DNA of 64,000 nt from Amoebidium appalachense (lineage: Eukaryota; Protista; Ichthyosporea). Shown here in pieces: positions 29,452 through 64,000 of this stretch; positions within the stretch are counted from its first letter, which is position 1; each line of letters starts with the position of its first letter. The stretch lies in the NCBI GenBank assembly GCA_963693365.1, contig CAVNZM010000005.1, positions 7,510,710-7,574,709 of the forward strand, read 5' to 3'. Below the pieces are notes generated by a model. That model saw only the letters and a list, made by a program, of their open reading frames with translations, was not told where the DNA came from and did no database searches. A program made the position numbers and the translations under genes.

Positions 29452-31125
29452 TCTCCCCTCCCCACGCACACACACACACACTTTGATATTGTGTGCACAC
29501 ACACCCATGCACACATGTGCACACACACCCGGTTCGGCGGTTGCCTCTGGGTTCCGCCTCCTAAGCCACTCTCGAGCTCACCTCTCCTCGGAATTCTAAT
29601 ATTAGTTCGGTAATTAAGATTCGGAAGCCTTAGGGTTTAACTGGAGCTAGGAGAAGTTCAATTTAATGAAGGTAAAATTCCTTTTTTTCCCCTTTCTTTT
29701 CTTTCTAGATCTTTTTTTTTTTTTTTTTTTTTTTTTTTGTGGTGGTGGTGGTACCGGTGGTGGTGGTGGTGGTGGTGGTGGGTGGATGACGGGGGGGGGG
29801 GGGGGGGGGGGGTAAGCAGGCTAGTACGTGAAGCAACACAAGAAGTGACATGAGCGCTGCCGGCCAGTCGACGTTGTGGACCGGAACAGGATATACTATT
29901 AGGCCCTGATTATCCGGCTTTGGGGGCCTCATGCAATCCGATTCGCCCCGTGCTCCAATCAATGCACTCAGTGTACATGTTGGACCCAGTTGGTGTACAT
30001 GCTTGAGACTACCCACATTTCTAACCCCCCCCCCCCCCCCAAAAAAAAAAAAAAAAAAAAAAAAAAACAACAAAAAAAAACAAAACATGAATGATGTCTG
30101 TAGGTAACCAGCTAAAATTCTCAGAGGCCCCTTGGCGGTTAGGCCAATTGATATCGGGCGCACATGAGCGAATCGAAGCAAGTGCGACTATTATGATAAT
30201 CAACCAAACTATTATAAAGCGTGTGTTACCTGCACATGCACGTGTGTGCGCAGCAAGCATAACACGACCAATATTTTGTAAACGTTTAAATTCATGTGCA
30301 CGGGCGCACAATATTAATGGTAGTATTAAAGTGCAGGGCACCTTGTGTGTGCGTCACAGTTTGTGTGCATGTGGGTGTTGAACTTTGTGCCCTTAACAGC
30401 ATTCGTGTAATTAAGCAGGGGTAATTTCATGGTAGTGGTGATCATTTGCAAGTGGGTACGTAGGGAAGGGGGCCGGGTCGGCTGACTGTGTTCATTGGGT
30501 GTATACTCCATGTGTGCGTGCGTTCATGTGTGCGTGTGACACAGTGACTGTCCGTGTGTTTCAGTGCGTGTGTATACGTACGTGTTTTGAGTTTGCGCCA
30601 TAAACGAAGTTTACATCTGGAAGGCAAGATTTACCCTGTGTAGTGCTCAGAGTGAAAGGTGCAGGATTCAAAAGGTGTGGTTGGGAATGGGGATGGGGAG
30701 TCCGATCGGCAGTGTGTCTGTGTGTGTGCGTGTGTGTGGTGGTGGTGGTGGTGGGGGGGGGGGATGCAACGTGTCCGCATCGGTCCTTTCAGGATTATTT
30801 TATTTTCGATACTTTCAAATCTGCAGCGGTACCAAACTAACCCTAAAGCGCATGAGCATATGACATGGGACTGCCCGTATATGAGTTTTTATACAAACCG
30901 GGAAAATGAAACTCAAATAACCACATTCGAGCAACATCCCCCCCTAAGACTACTTCTCGGGTGCATGGGGGGGTTGGGGTGGACGAACGGACCATACACA
31001 CATATGGTGCATTGGTGATATTGTGTGTGTGGTGCAAGTGCGCAATATGGGGTGAATTTTCGACAAAAGACACGGGAGATTTGAATCTGCATGATATATA
31101 TCCAAAAAGAACGAGCAAATTGAAA

Positions 31126-35674
<4,549 letters not shown>

Positions 35675-38600
35675 GGTGCCTGCTGAGCAAAAAAATGCTC
35701 AGTTACTACATTTTATGGTTTTCAAGCACAATACGCGGGAAAAACAAAACCATGTTTAATGAAGTCCAGGTTTGGCAGTGTTTGTTTCGGATCTAAGCCA
35801 TATGCACACTTGGCTTTCTTTTTGCTTAGTCCCGAGCCAGCAAGGAAAGGAAGGAAGCAGAACTGGAGGTCTCAAACCAAGAAAGCCCTTGCCAGGGCTA
35901 ATATGGTGATGCAGTGAAGAGTCAACATCAGACGAAAGCAACCTATTTAGCATATATGATAAGAGCCCAGGCATGTGTCGTGCACATCTTAAGTAGATAA
36001 AAAAAACACTATGTTATTGAATGTCTCGACGTAGTTACGGCCAGGGGGGAGTGTAGTGTCATAGGCCCCACACAGCACTTGGTGTACGCCAAAAACGAAA
36101 AGGTTGTGTCTAACTAATGGAAACCATAGAAAGGGGAAGATCTGTTGAATTAAGAGACTAAAAGCGAGCTGTCCACCCAGTGACGTCGTATGTATTCTCT
36201 CTTACATTACTTCTGTCCCTCCGTCTGGAGCCTACATCAAATCCCAATTAGCCCTGCATGACCAGTTTCCAGAAACACTTCCCTGCAACAGAGGCTGGCG
36301 CTCGGAGGGTCCAGAAGCTCAAGCATATATGCAGGTAACCTCCTTTTTGCAGCAGTGATGCGTATTATGAGAAGGTCCAAACGCAAACGCCCATGTCATA
36401 AATCATATCTGAACAAGATGGGAACGTAGCAGGACTCCAATGCACAAAGGAAGGATATCAATGCGAGCCACAGCATAACTGACTCCAGACCCCCCCCCCC
36501 CCCCCCCCCCTCCTTCTTCACCCCTTATAGTCCATACCTTCTAACAAGCACAGCACAACGGTCACGAGTTTCCTCTCCGAACCACGAACTGTGTCTTATA
36601 AGCTATCTACCATATTTTGTGCCTTACCTTTTCCAAGAGGTCTGACTAATCTGTCGGCTCACTTGTCGAATCTTCAACGAATGCCCCTCGCCGTTCTAAA
36701 AAACACCCTTGCTAGCCCAAGAGGACACCTGCTACTTAGCAGCACAGGAAGAAGGATGAAACAAGCCTCCTCTTTCACTACAACAGCCCCGTTGTTACTA
36801 TTGAATCTGGATTCTAAAAATAATTGCCTAAGCCGCTTTCCACCACCCTAAATCTCAGCCAGATAGAACTCCCTGCTATTTACTCCACTGTTGGTTTTAC
36901 TTGAGTCTTATGTGTTTCAAAATGAAAATGGGCTTCTTACAACCTCAGAAACAGGTGATTCCCTCCAAAAGAAAAAAAAGAAAATTTCGAAACGGAGGCT
37001 CGTTTTGTGAAAAACTGAGGCAAACCAAAATGACCCAGGTTGGCGGGCTGAGCATGATGATACACGGCGATTACGTAGCATGATTATTAACAAGGGGGGC
37101 AAATTTAGATCTTCATAAACGAGATGACGAAAGCCTTGCTTTCCTGAGCCTCCAATGTGATAATAATATGCATAAAAGTAATAGATAATAAATAAACCTT
37201 TCACAAATTTAAGAGCTATGAGATTTCATAGCAGTTAAATGTTTAAAGCTATCAATAATGGATTTACACATTTGCAAAAAAGCTTTTTCCATTTCGGCAC
37301 ACATGCAAGAAGTGGGCAAAGAATTTACACACCTCAGAACCGTTTGCTTAGAAGCTCTTATAAATCCGCTTAGCCAATCGTATCGGTTTATTATTTGAGA
37401 TTTGCACGTCTCCGTTTTGTATATAAGACACAGACCGGTGGGCTTTTCGTTGCGGGCAAACCGTTCAGTTTGCGCTACGTTCGTGGATTTGGGTGTTTTG
37501 TGAGAGCTCTACAAGGAAAAAGGTAGGTAACATGCGATGCATAATAGAAAAGGATTTGAATGGGTAAATGGAACACTAATTGGAGATGTGTGGTTGATTT
37601 TGGATTGCGAGATGAGTGTGGTGAGGTGAGTTGTCCTTGAGATGTCTTTTGAACAAGGGGTGATGGGAGTGTGGGGAGTTTGGGATGGAGCGAGGACGTG
37701 TGTCGTCTTCAAGTGGAACCTGACCTTTCCTTTCCAGCAAGCACGCGTTTCACTGGTAGAATATTAAGGAGAAGCTCTTTTAGATACCTCTCACCTTGAA
37801 TTGTAATGCTGGGCAACAACAATAGCCATATGAGTGCCGTAGATATGGATTTGATGCATGTAAATGTAAATCCATAATCTCCTCTCTCTTGTGCGGATTA
37901 GCTGTAATATGACCCACAAAATCCACTTGTTACCACCTCCACGTGTTAGCAAACGACCTGTTAGCCCTTTTAGTTATTGTAAATTCATGTTTTAGCCCCT
38001 CTATGTCGCCCATATTTCACGGTTTCCCTGCTTGTGTTTGGTCGCATCCCAGGCCTGTCGAATCTTTACCTGTTGTGTGCTTGTCTCTGAAGCGATGCTG
38101 CAACCTTATTTTCTCCTAAAGATACACGTAGTTTGCCTAGAAATGTCTTCATGCAGTTGTTGTCGCTGCTAACCAATATGATTTGCTCGTTCCCGTTTCT
38201 CTTAGCCACCTTCAACAATATCGAATTTGATATATGCGGCTTGCTGCCTGCGATATGCGCATATTACTGCCCTATTTGTTTGGTTTCTCAGCCTTACTAA
38301 TTTTTCTAGCCTACGTTTCTCCTAACATCTTAATTTACGTATCCTTTTACCCAGGTGAAGTGGCAGTCGGGGAGAAAGTAACAGCTGATGGGTATATTGT
38401 CATGTGCCACAACACTATGTGCGTTTTTTTGGAGGTCACCGAACAGCAAGGGCCTGTCGTCTTGCAAGCTTCTATGTAAAGTTCACAGTGCTCTAGCATA
38501 TTTTATCTAATCTTAGGGATGTTCTTGTGCAACGTTTGTGTTGTTCAAGAGTCGTTGTGCTTGTTTGCTTCTTACTCGTATGCTTTGGGAAGATTTGAAC

Positions 38601-39064
38601 AGAGCTTCTATGTGTGGATTTTCCCCAAACCGCTCTATAAGTTCATGGTATCATGAAAATGTGTATTTTTTTTTTATAATTTTGATGCCATATCAGGAGT
38701 TATTGATTGGATTTCCCTTGCTTGTCCTTTGAGGTTCACAAGTGGTTCCCTTTCCTTACGAATAGTGGATTTTGCCGTGCTTTTGTCGTCCTAAAGGAAT
38801 GTGCACATGTCTTCGTCAAAAAAATCGAAAAATGTCAGTTACACGCACCAGCAGTTCTCTGATAATTTTACGATTCCGGGGTTTTCGTGTTTGTGTCCGT
38901 GGGAAATGTTGCCTAAATGATGTCTTTTCATGCCTTTTATTCCCTTACGGTTTTAATATCACTGCTGGGCTTTTTCGGACAACTCATCTCTACACATCAC
39001 ATCACCCTCTTTTTTCGCTCAAACAACTCACCTCAAAACCATCGTAACGTTACGCTTATCCTAA

Positions 39065-50558
<11,494 letters not shown>

Positions 50559-51924
50559 GTGTGGGCAATTTTTGGATGCCATATGTATACAGGCACATTC
50601 ACACACTCGCGCGGCGCGCGCGCACACACATGCACACATATACACAACACGTCATAGTTTTAATATGTAGATGATATCATTGATTGGCCCCGAGCACCCG
50701 CACACACACCTAGTTACTAGTGTCCCGCCGCGGAAGACAAATACAGTAAACGTGCAAGAGTCGGAAGTGCGTCTGATTCCTTTGAACATAGTTACAATTA
50801 TATGGCAATGGTAATGTAATGTGATCACGAAGACATCACGTATACAAAACTGCAAAAGCACCCAAGTGTACCATGTTCGGAAAAGTTAGTTAACAGATGC
50901 GAGCTTTTTTTAACGTGAGCCTAACACAGTGCTTTTGCGGTTGGGCTGGATTTTTCCAGGAGCCCTTTTGGGACAGGTTTCATTCGGGTTGCATTAGTCA
51001 GCACATTCAGTTTAGCGTGGAGCCGCAGACTACACATGTTTTTTAATTTTATTTTGCGAGATGGCGAAAGCTACTTCCTTTGACTGCGGCTCGTTTCATT
51101 TCTCTGTTGATATGTGTATCGAGACCAGGTGTCTTGAGGTCGAATCTAGGGGTACATGCAATACAAATGTAATTCAGTTAGCAAGGTTCGTTACTCTCAT
51201 ATGTACATAGGTGTATTGTATTGTCCTTTTTGCCGTGTTTATATTTAGATTGATTGGTGTTTTCTCTTCCGGGAGGCCTTATATAAGCCCAGTAAAAATA
51301 AATTCATGTTCCATTTAGCTCTCGTCAACGATTCCCTGCTCCCTACAATTCAGCACTCTCTTGCATGTACGTGTATGAGTCTGACTGAACAGAGATGTGT
51401 GTGCGTGCATGCATACTAATATCATTCTGTGATATGTCCGGACACACAGTATCCCCCCCCCCCCCCCCCCCCCTTTAAAACCCTTGTATGTACTTGCATT
51501 CATCAATCACAGCATATATGTGCACCGGTACCCCAACGTGCAGATCTAGAGGGTAAGGAGAGGATATGCAGTAAAAGGGGAAGAAGAGGGGGGATAGGGG
51601 GGGGGGGGATTTTCTAAATATTTATCACGGTGTCATGACTAGTATGATAGTATTGATTACGTTTATGCATAGGCAACCTCTGGGGTGGCAGAAGAAGCAA
51701 TCTGCACGTGTTGGTGTGATAGTGGGGCGGTAGCCTGTTGGGCCGTGACGTTGGTTTGGTCCGTCAGGACGGTGGAAGTACCGTCAACGTTAACATCCTG
51801 AGTGTGGGGCAGCGCTTATCAGACTATTTGGTTGATATGGGGCAACAGGTGAAGACTACTGAAATTATATTCAAGGAATTGGGACTGGGGGATGGTGATG
51901 GGGTGGGGTGGGGTTGTGTGTGTG

Positions 51925-52130
51925 GGTGGGTGGGTGTGTGGGTGGGTGTGTGGGTGGGTGGGTGGGTGGGTGGGTGGGTGGGTGGGTGGGTGGGTGGGTG
52001 GGTGGGTGGGTGGGTGGGTGGGTGGGTGGGTGGGTGGGTGGGTGGGTGGGTGGGTGGGTGGGTGGGTGGGTGGGTGGGTGGGTGGGTGGGTGGGTGGGTG
52101 GGTGGGTGGGTGGGTGGGTGGGTGGGTGGG
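51925..52130. repeat. (GGGT)n tetranucleotide array, ~200 bp, potential G-quadruplex
   Basis: Near-perfect GGGT repeats between the 3' ends of KDM5 and UNG, probably inside a last UNG intron. Confidence 0.9.
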
Positions 52131-52355
52131 GTGGGTGGGGGGGGGGGTGGCGGGGGGACGGGGAGAGGGGGGCTCAAGATCCATAGATTTGTCTCCAGAG
52201 GGACGCTCATGTCAACACATAATTGTTTGCCCAACGCTTGATTAGCCGGTTTGTACACTATTTAATGTGATGTTTATTGCAGCATTCACTGTGGAAAATT
52301 TCAGATCAGTATATCTAGAGATTATCTCCCTTACTTTCCAGTACTGCCAACATAC

Positions 52356-58460
<6,105 letters not shown>

Positions 58461-58699
58461 TCTCGCGTTGTCGTGTGTGTTGGGCAACTTTTCGACTCTT
58501 AAAACGTAAACCTAATGTGCTTGTGTGCGTGCTTATAGGCTAACACTACGTAGGTTTTGGTTTCTCGTCAAAAATATCCACTCTTTTGCTGTACTAATCA
58601 AAAAAACTCCCAACTTTAAATCCAGTCAAATTAAAAAAACTTTCAAGTGTCATGCACGGACTCGCGACGGTTATGCCATGTATGTGCAATTTGTGTGGT

Positions 58700-59020
58700 A
58701 CCTTCTGATTGGTTTAGAGTTCCCGCGCAAACTGTTAAGTAAACTAATAGGAGCTGTTAACGTTCAGAACTTCAGGGCCTCCTATTGGACTATAGCAAGA
58801 CTGATATGGCTTGACGTCCGTGGCACCCGCGCGAGCAGAGTCTTACGTGCGCGGCTCAGCAATATGCTTACCCGCCCTTTCCTTTCGGGAAGAGCCCTTT
58901 CGGGCGGCATGGCACGAGTAAGGGTATCTTTCGGGCGGCACTGAGGGCGTCTGAGTCAGCCGCCTCGAGCCTTGCCCGCCTTTTTATCTGATTGCAAGAG
59001 CCACCTCCTATTCGCCAAAG
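58700..59020. promoter_or_regulatory. Candidate bidirectional promoter between UNG and BCAT
   Basis: Head-to-head starts at 58460 and 59505. ATTGG (CCAAT) near 58708 and 58784, E2F-like TTCCCGCGCAAA near 58720, TTCGCCAAA near 59011, and repeated CTTTCGGG(CGGCA) x3 at 58882-58940. Confidence 0.4.
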
Positions 59021-59504
59021 GGGGGTCTTGATCTTTTGCGAATTCAAACTTCGGCGATTCGACGGCGAATCGGCTTCCAATTCTTGTGGCGCAGCTGCTC
59101 CACGTTTATTTAGTAGGCTTAGCCTACATAATATACCAATTGATAAATTATATCACCTTCATAAAACCGCCATACATTAATTCACAAAGTGTTCACAGGC
59201 AGTGATTCCAGTGAAAGAGCTTTAAGAGAGTAACGGAGTTGAAAACTTATAAATTTTCTTAAAAAACCTGCAGATGAGGAAAATTTAGCTGCCTTTACAA
59301 AGTGAAGTTTTGGGAGACCTGTGGGGAAAAAGTCATGCGGGCACTTCTCCCCCGCACTTTTTCTGCTCTCGCCTGTTCAAGTTGAAAGAGCCCAAGAAAA
59401 AAAAAGGGGGAGAAAAAAAAAAAGACGAGCAAAAAGAGAGGAACTATATTCGCCTGTGTATAAACTTCAACGGTTTGTGTTTTTTCAGTAGACAAACATA
59501 CAAA

Positions 59505-60183
59505 ATGCCAGGCGCCGCCGCCGCCGCCAAGCCCACCCCAAAGGGCTTTGCCTACACGCAGACAAACTGCCATGTTCAATGCACCTTCGAAGGTACCTTA
59601 CCGCTTCCTCCCTCCTCCCCCCCCCCCCCCCCCCCCCCCTCCGCCCGCCCGCCCACACACACACACACACACACACACACCATCCCCCTCCCCCCCCCCC
59701 CCACACACACACACCCCCCCCCCCCCCACGCACACACACACACACATACACCTCTAACAACACACCCCTTTACAGCCCTCTAGCACGTTATTGTTGAGCT
59801 TTTCCCTAAATGAGCCTTTCCGCATTCCCTTTTGCACTCCCCCCGCTCTTTACCCCCTCCCCCCTGCCCCCCCTCCCCCCATCTTCCGCCCCTCCGCCCC
59901 TCCCGCCTTCAATCCAACAATTCACCGCAACCACAGTCATCATCACAAGCTTTTCCTGCTTTACCCGTCCACTTGGAGCTCTCTGCCCTCTCCCTCCCAT
60001 TTTTCTTGTTTCCTGATACTGCTGCAACTTTAATCCCCGGCCTTCCTCATTGCCCTTGCCTGCATAAGTAACCCTACTCGTTTCTGATCAAGACGGGTGA
60101 CCCACCCATGTTCAAGTGAAACAGTATCTGAGTTGGGTTTCGTTGACGATTGAATGGGTCGAAACTTGGGTACTGTGGATGAC

Positions 60184-60214
<31 letters not shown>

Positions 60215-60683
60215 GAGGATGGGCTCTGCTTATTATGCATACTCTTTATGTATGGTGTGCGCTCTGCATCGTGTTATCCGTTGTTCATGTGTACTTCGTA
60301 CTTTATGACGCATTCAAACCCCCCTACCCTCTTCCCCACTTCCCCCCCTGCATAAGCTATGTGTTTGCAACCTGCCTTGTGTTTTCCGGTGTGAAGTGTG
60401 TGCTTCTTACCCTGTAATGCATTACAACCTATATGCAACCCCTCCCCCCCCCCCCCCCCCCCCCCCCCTCCTCCACAGATGGACAGTGGGGCCCTATCCG
60501 TGTTGTTGAGTCCCCCTACTTCCAGATGCACATTGCTGCAACCTCCATCCACTACGGCCAGGCTGTCTTTGAGGGCCTGAAGGCTCACAAATGCAAGGAC
60601 GGCAAGGTGTCTACCTTCCCCCTCCCCCCCCCCCCCCCCCCCCCTCCCTGCTCCCCCGCCGGCGCGTACATACGCACACACAT

Positions 60684-60720
<37 letters not shown>

Positions 60721-61596
60721 AAATCCCTCTCCTTCTCTCAACACACATGCACACACACACAAACACACACACACACACACACAACACACAAGTACATACA
60801 CGCGTATTGTTTATGAGTTGTGGGAATGCTGTTGAAAGCTTATCATGCTGCATTAAGGGCACCAAGAGCTCCCCAGGCTTTCAATATCTTTAGTCTATTT
60901 TGTTCAGTTGGTATTTTTTTTTTTTTTTTTTTTTGGGGGGGGGGGGGGGGAGGAGGGTTAGGGGGTGCGAGGGGGGGGGGGGGGGGGGGGTAATAGTTGC
61001 CTTTCACACCCCACCCACATTTACGCACCCATCTTACTCCCCCCAAGACCTATTACTTATCAATACAAGCATCTTTTACATTCCCTGTAAGTTTCCACCA
61101 CTTACCAACACACCCACGTAAAGCATTTCCCCTTGTGATTCCACCACTCACCTCAGAGCTTTCCCCGTTAAGTTTCCACCACTTACGAACACACATACGT
61201 GACCCCTTCCCCTTATGTTGCCACCCCTTACCAATACACGCACTTTCAGGTGCGTATTTTCCGTGGGGATGAGAATGGTCTTCGTTTCAATCGGTCTGCC
61301 GAGAGAATGGCAATGGCTACCCTGCCCCCGGGCCTTTTTGAGGTGGCCGGTACTGTCCCCCCCCCCCCCCCTCCCCCCCCCCCCCCCCCCCCCGCGGCGC
61401 CAGGGGGGGAAAAAAAAAAAAAAAAAAGGAGGAGAGAAGGGGGAAGGGGGGGAGGGGAGCGAGGGGAGGGGGACGAAACGGTGGCCCCACACGTACAGAC
61501 GCAGGCGGAGCACAGAGCCACCACTAGCACGTCGCCTCGCCACTTCTCGTTTTCCCTCCCTGTCGTTTATTGTCCCCCACTCCCTCCCCCCCCCCC

Positions 61597-61629
<33 letters not shown>

Positions 61630-61967
61630 ATTCCTTAGCCCCCTCTCCCCCCTCCACTCCCCCCTCCAACCCTTTCTTCTAAGGGCACTTATCCACACAA
61701 TTCCTATCCATTGATTGCGACTTAATGCATTATTGCTTATACCCCCCCCCCCCCCCCCCCCCTCCCCCTCCCCCCCTCCAATTCCTACCACCTGCCCCCA
61801 TTCCAGAAGCGTGTACACACATGGCCATAACTATAGCCACTTGCATGCACGCACACCTGATCCACCCACTAGTCCCCCCTTTACTCCTTTTTTGCTGGGA
61901 CACACACGCAGCCTTCTTTTCTTTGAAACAGTTTCGATGTCTAAGACGCCTCCGACGACACATGTGC

Positions 61968-62011
<44 letters not shown>

Positions 62012-62330
62012 GTGAGACTCGTGGTATCCAAGAACATTGAGTATGTGCCCGAGTATGGTACGGGTGGCTCTCTCTACATCCGCCCTCTTCTGATTGGCAC
62101 CGGCCCGGACATAAACCTTATGCCTTCCAACCAATATGAATTCATCGTATGCATATCCCCCCCCCCCCCCTTCCTCCCTGTCCCCCCCCCCCCCCCTCCC
62201 CCCCCCCCCCCCTCCGGGGATGCGTACTCTTTAGGGGTGCCACGCAATCTGAATAGTTTTGTCAGCCGTAAATGTGTACTTTGTACTTATACATTACCCC
62301 TCCACCCCCCAGCCTCCCCCCCTATAAATA

Positions 62331-62377
<47 letters not shown>

Positions 62378-62922
62378 ATGTGTGTGTGTGTGCATGTGTG
62401 CGTGTGTGTTAGGCCCTCTGATGCCTTCAGCAGTTGTTTTTTGGCTGTGACACCGTGTGCTGTCAGGCTGATGATATCCTTCCTCCCCCCCCCCCCCCCC
62501 CCCCCTCCCCCCCTGGCCCCTCCCCCCTCCCCACCCACCCACACACCCACCCACACACCCACACACTCACTCACTTACATTCACACTCACACATCACCAC
62601 CACCACCACCACCACCATCATTACAACGTCCAAGCTAGTGTTATTTCCTACCCTCTGGGGCCTACATCAACCCCGCCTCCTCTCCTTTTGCCTTTTGTTT
62701 TTACCATCACTATTATCAGTGCCTAGTATTATTGTTGTTGTAGCTGCTGCTGTTATCATTATATTCATCATAAAAACATTGTTCGCTTTACTCTTATATC
62801 CCGTCATTGCCTAATTGGGCACCTTCCTTTTTTGGCAGGTGTTCGTTGCGCCTGCCGGCAACTTCTACGAGGGAGGCATCAAGCCGGTTCAGGCCATGAT
62901 TGTAGAGGACCACGACAGAGTG

Positions 62923-62990
<68 letters not shown>

Positions 62991-63087
62991 ACCACCACCA
63001 CCACGACCACGACCACCACTTCCCTTGAGTCTGAGCCAAGTATGGTGTGGATATCAGAAGACAGTATCCTCATCTCTGCTTCGGGGG

Positions 63088-63137
<50 letters not shown>

Positions 63138-63327
63138 TTTGGGGGGGGGGGGGGGGGAGGGGGGGGGCAGTGTTCACTGGTGACATATTTCGGTGTGTGC
63201 AGGCTGTCATTTGTCTGTGTTTATGAGTGTTGTTTCTTGACCATGTTATGACAAACCACCAACACGTGTGTGCACACCAACCAGCAGCAACCCCCCCTCC
63301 TCCCCTCCTCTCCCCTTGCTCCTCCTC

Positions 63328-63366
<39 letters not shown>

Positions 63367-63654
63367 CCCTCCCCGCCCGCCCGCCCGCCCACCCTGCACC
63401 GTCGCATGGGATCCGGTTATGTAGCATACCCTGCATAACACATCCTAACTTTTATCCCCTCCCCCCCGTTTGTTCTTGTGTACTTCGTACTTTTTGACGC
63501 ATTCAAAACCCCCCCCCTCCCCCCCCCCCCCCTCCCCCCCACCCACCCACCCACCCACCCCCTCCCCCAGGCTGCACCCAGGGGCATGGGCAGTGTAAAG
63601 GTTGCCGGCAACTATGGTGCCTGTTACAACACGAGCATCGAGGCTAAGCAAAAG
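59505..63654 (+). CDS. BCAT: Branched-chain amino-acid aminotransferase (PLP fold type IV), 3' part outside the window
   Basis: Exons 59505-59592, 60479-60606, 61250-61349, 62013-62146, 62839-62919, 63571-63654. Motifs IHYGQAVFEGLKA, RFNRSAERM, YVPEYGTGGSLYIRPLLIG and DRAAPRGMGSVKVAGNYG (PLP-binding Lys). Confidence 0.95.
60070..60440 (+). repeat. Dispersed intronic repeat family, copy B (BCAT intron 1)
   Basis: GTTCAAGTGAAACAGTATCTGAGTTGGGTTTCG...GAATGGGTCGAAACTTGGGTACTGTGGATGAC, poly-C, then GAGGATGGGCTCTGCTTATTATGCATACT. Its sub-motif GTGTACTTCGTACTTTATGACGCATTCAAACCCC recurs at ~63478. Confidence 0.85.
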
Positions 63655-63775
63655 GTATGCCCGTGTTTCTTTAATGTTTATTAAAGGTATGCCCGCGTTT
63701 CTTTGATGTTTCTTAAAGGCATGCCCGTGTTTCTTTAATGTTTATTAAAGGTATGCCCATGCTGTTTTTCTGTTC
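63651..63775 (+). repeat. Tandem 32-bp repeat x4 beginning at the BCAT exon 6 donor site
   Basis: Unit AAAG|GTATGCCCGTGTTTCTTTAATGTTTATT at 63651, 63683, 63715 (GT changed to GC) and 63747. Confidence 0.92.
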
Positions 63776-64000
63776 AAAGCAGAGAGTCTGTTCCTGGCGT
63801 TAACTGTAGAGGGACTGGTGAAGGGTTTATGTGCCGTACAGTGGGTGTGTGGGATGGAAAGTAAGGGGTCTTTATTGAACGCGAGAGAAAACTTTTCCCC
63901 TGATTCTCATCCCTTGCCATGCATCCCATCACTGCGATTCCTTCTATCGAGCCTCCACCAAGCACACAAAAGCACATATAACTCGGGGCTTTTTGGGCTA

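Noticed and set aside
36260-38480. Possible small gene between PP2A and KDM5
   Set aside because: Only short ORFs with stops and no recognisable domain or consistent exon chain were found. It cannot be supported without RNA data.

Overview
Intron-rich eukaryotic genomic DNA, probably a unicellular relative of animals (inferred from the PP2A exon structure). Introns are packed with (CA)n/(GT)n, (CT)n and poly-C/poly-G runs, so most ORFs in the supplied track are artefacts. Splicing by eye gives six host genes: an intronless atypical GATA factor (-), an RNF216/TRIAD3-like RBR E3 ligase (+, 16 exons), PP2A catalytic subunit (-, 6 exons), a KDM5/JARID1 demethylase (+, 10 exons), uracil-DNA glycosylase (-, at least 10 exons) and a branched-chain aminotransferase (+, runs off the window). 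Mobile DNA comprises an internally deleted P-element (36-bp TIRs, 8-bp TSD), two MITE-like elements and a structured intronic dispersed repeat. The most unusual signals are in the introns: (1) many 3' splice sites use CA tracts, often ending CACGTAC(AC)AG, instead of polypyrimidine tracts, and some can pair with the intron's own 5' end; (2) several introns carry degenerate copies ('echoes') of the adjacent exon end plus splice site. All gene models are manual and untested; several exons have homopolymer frameshifts that are probably assembly errors.
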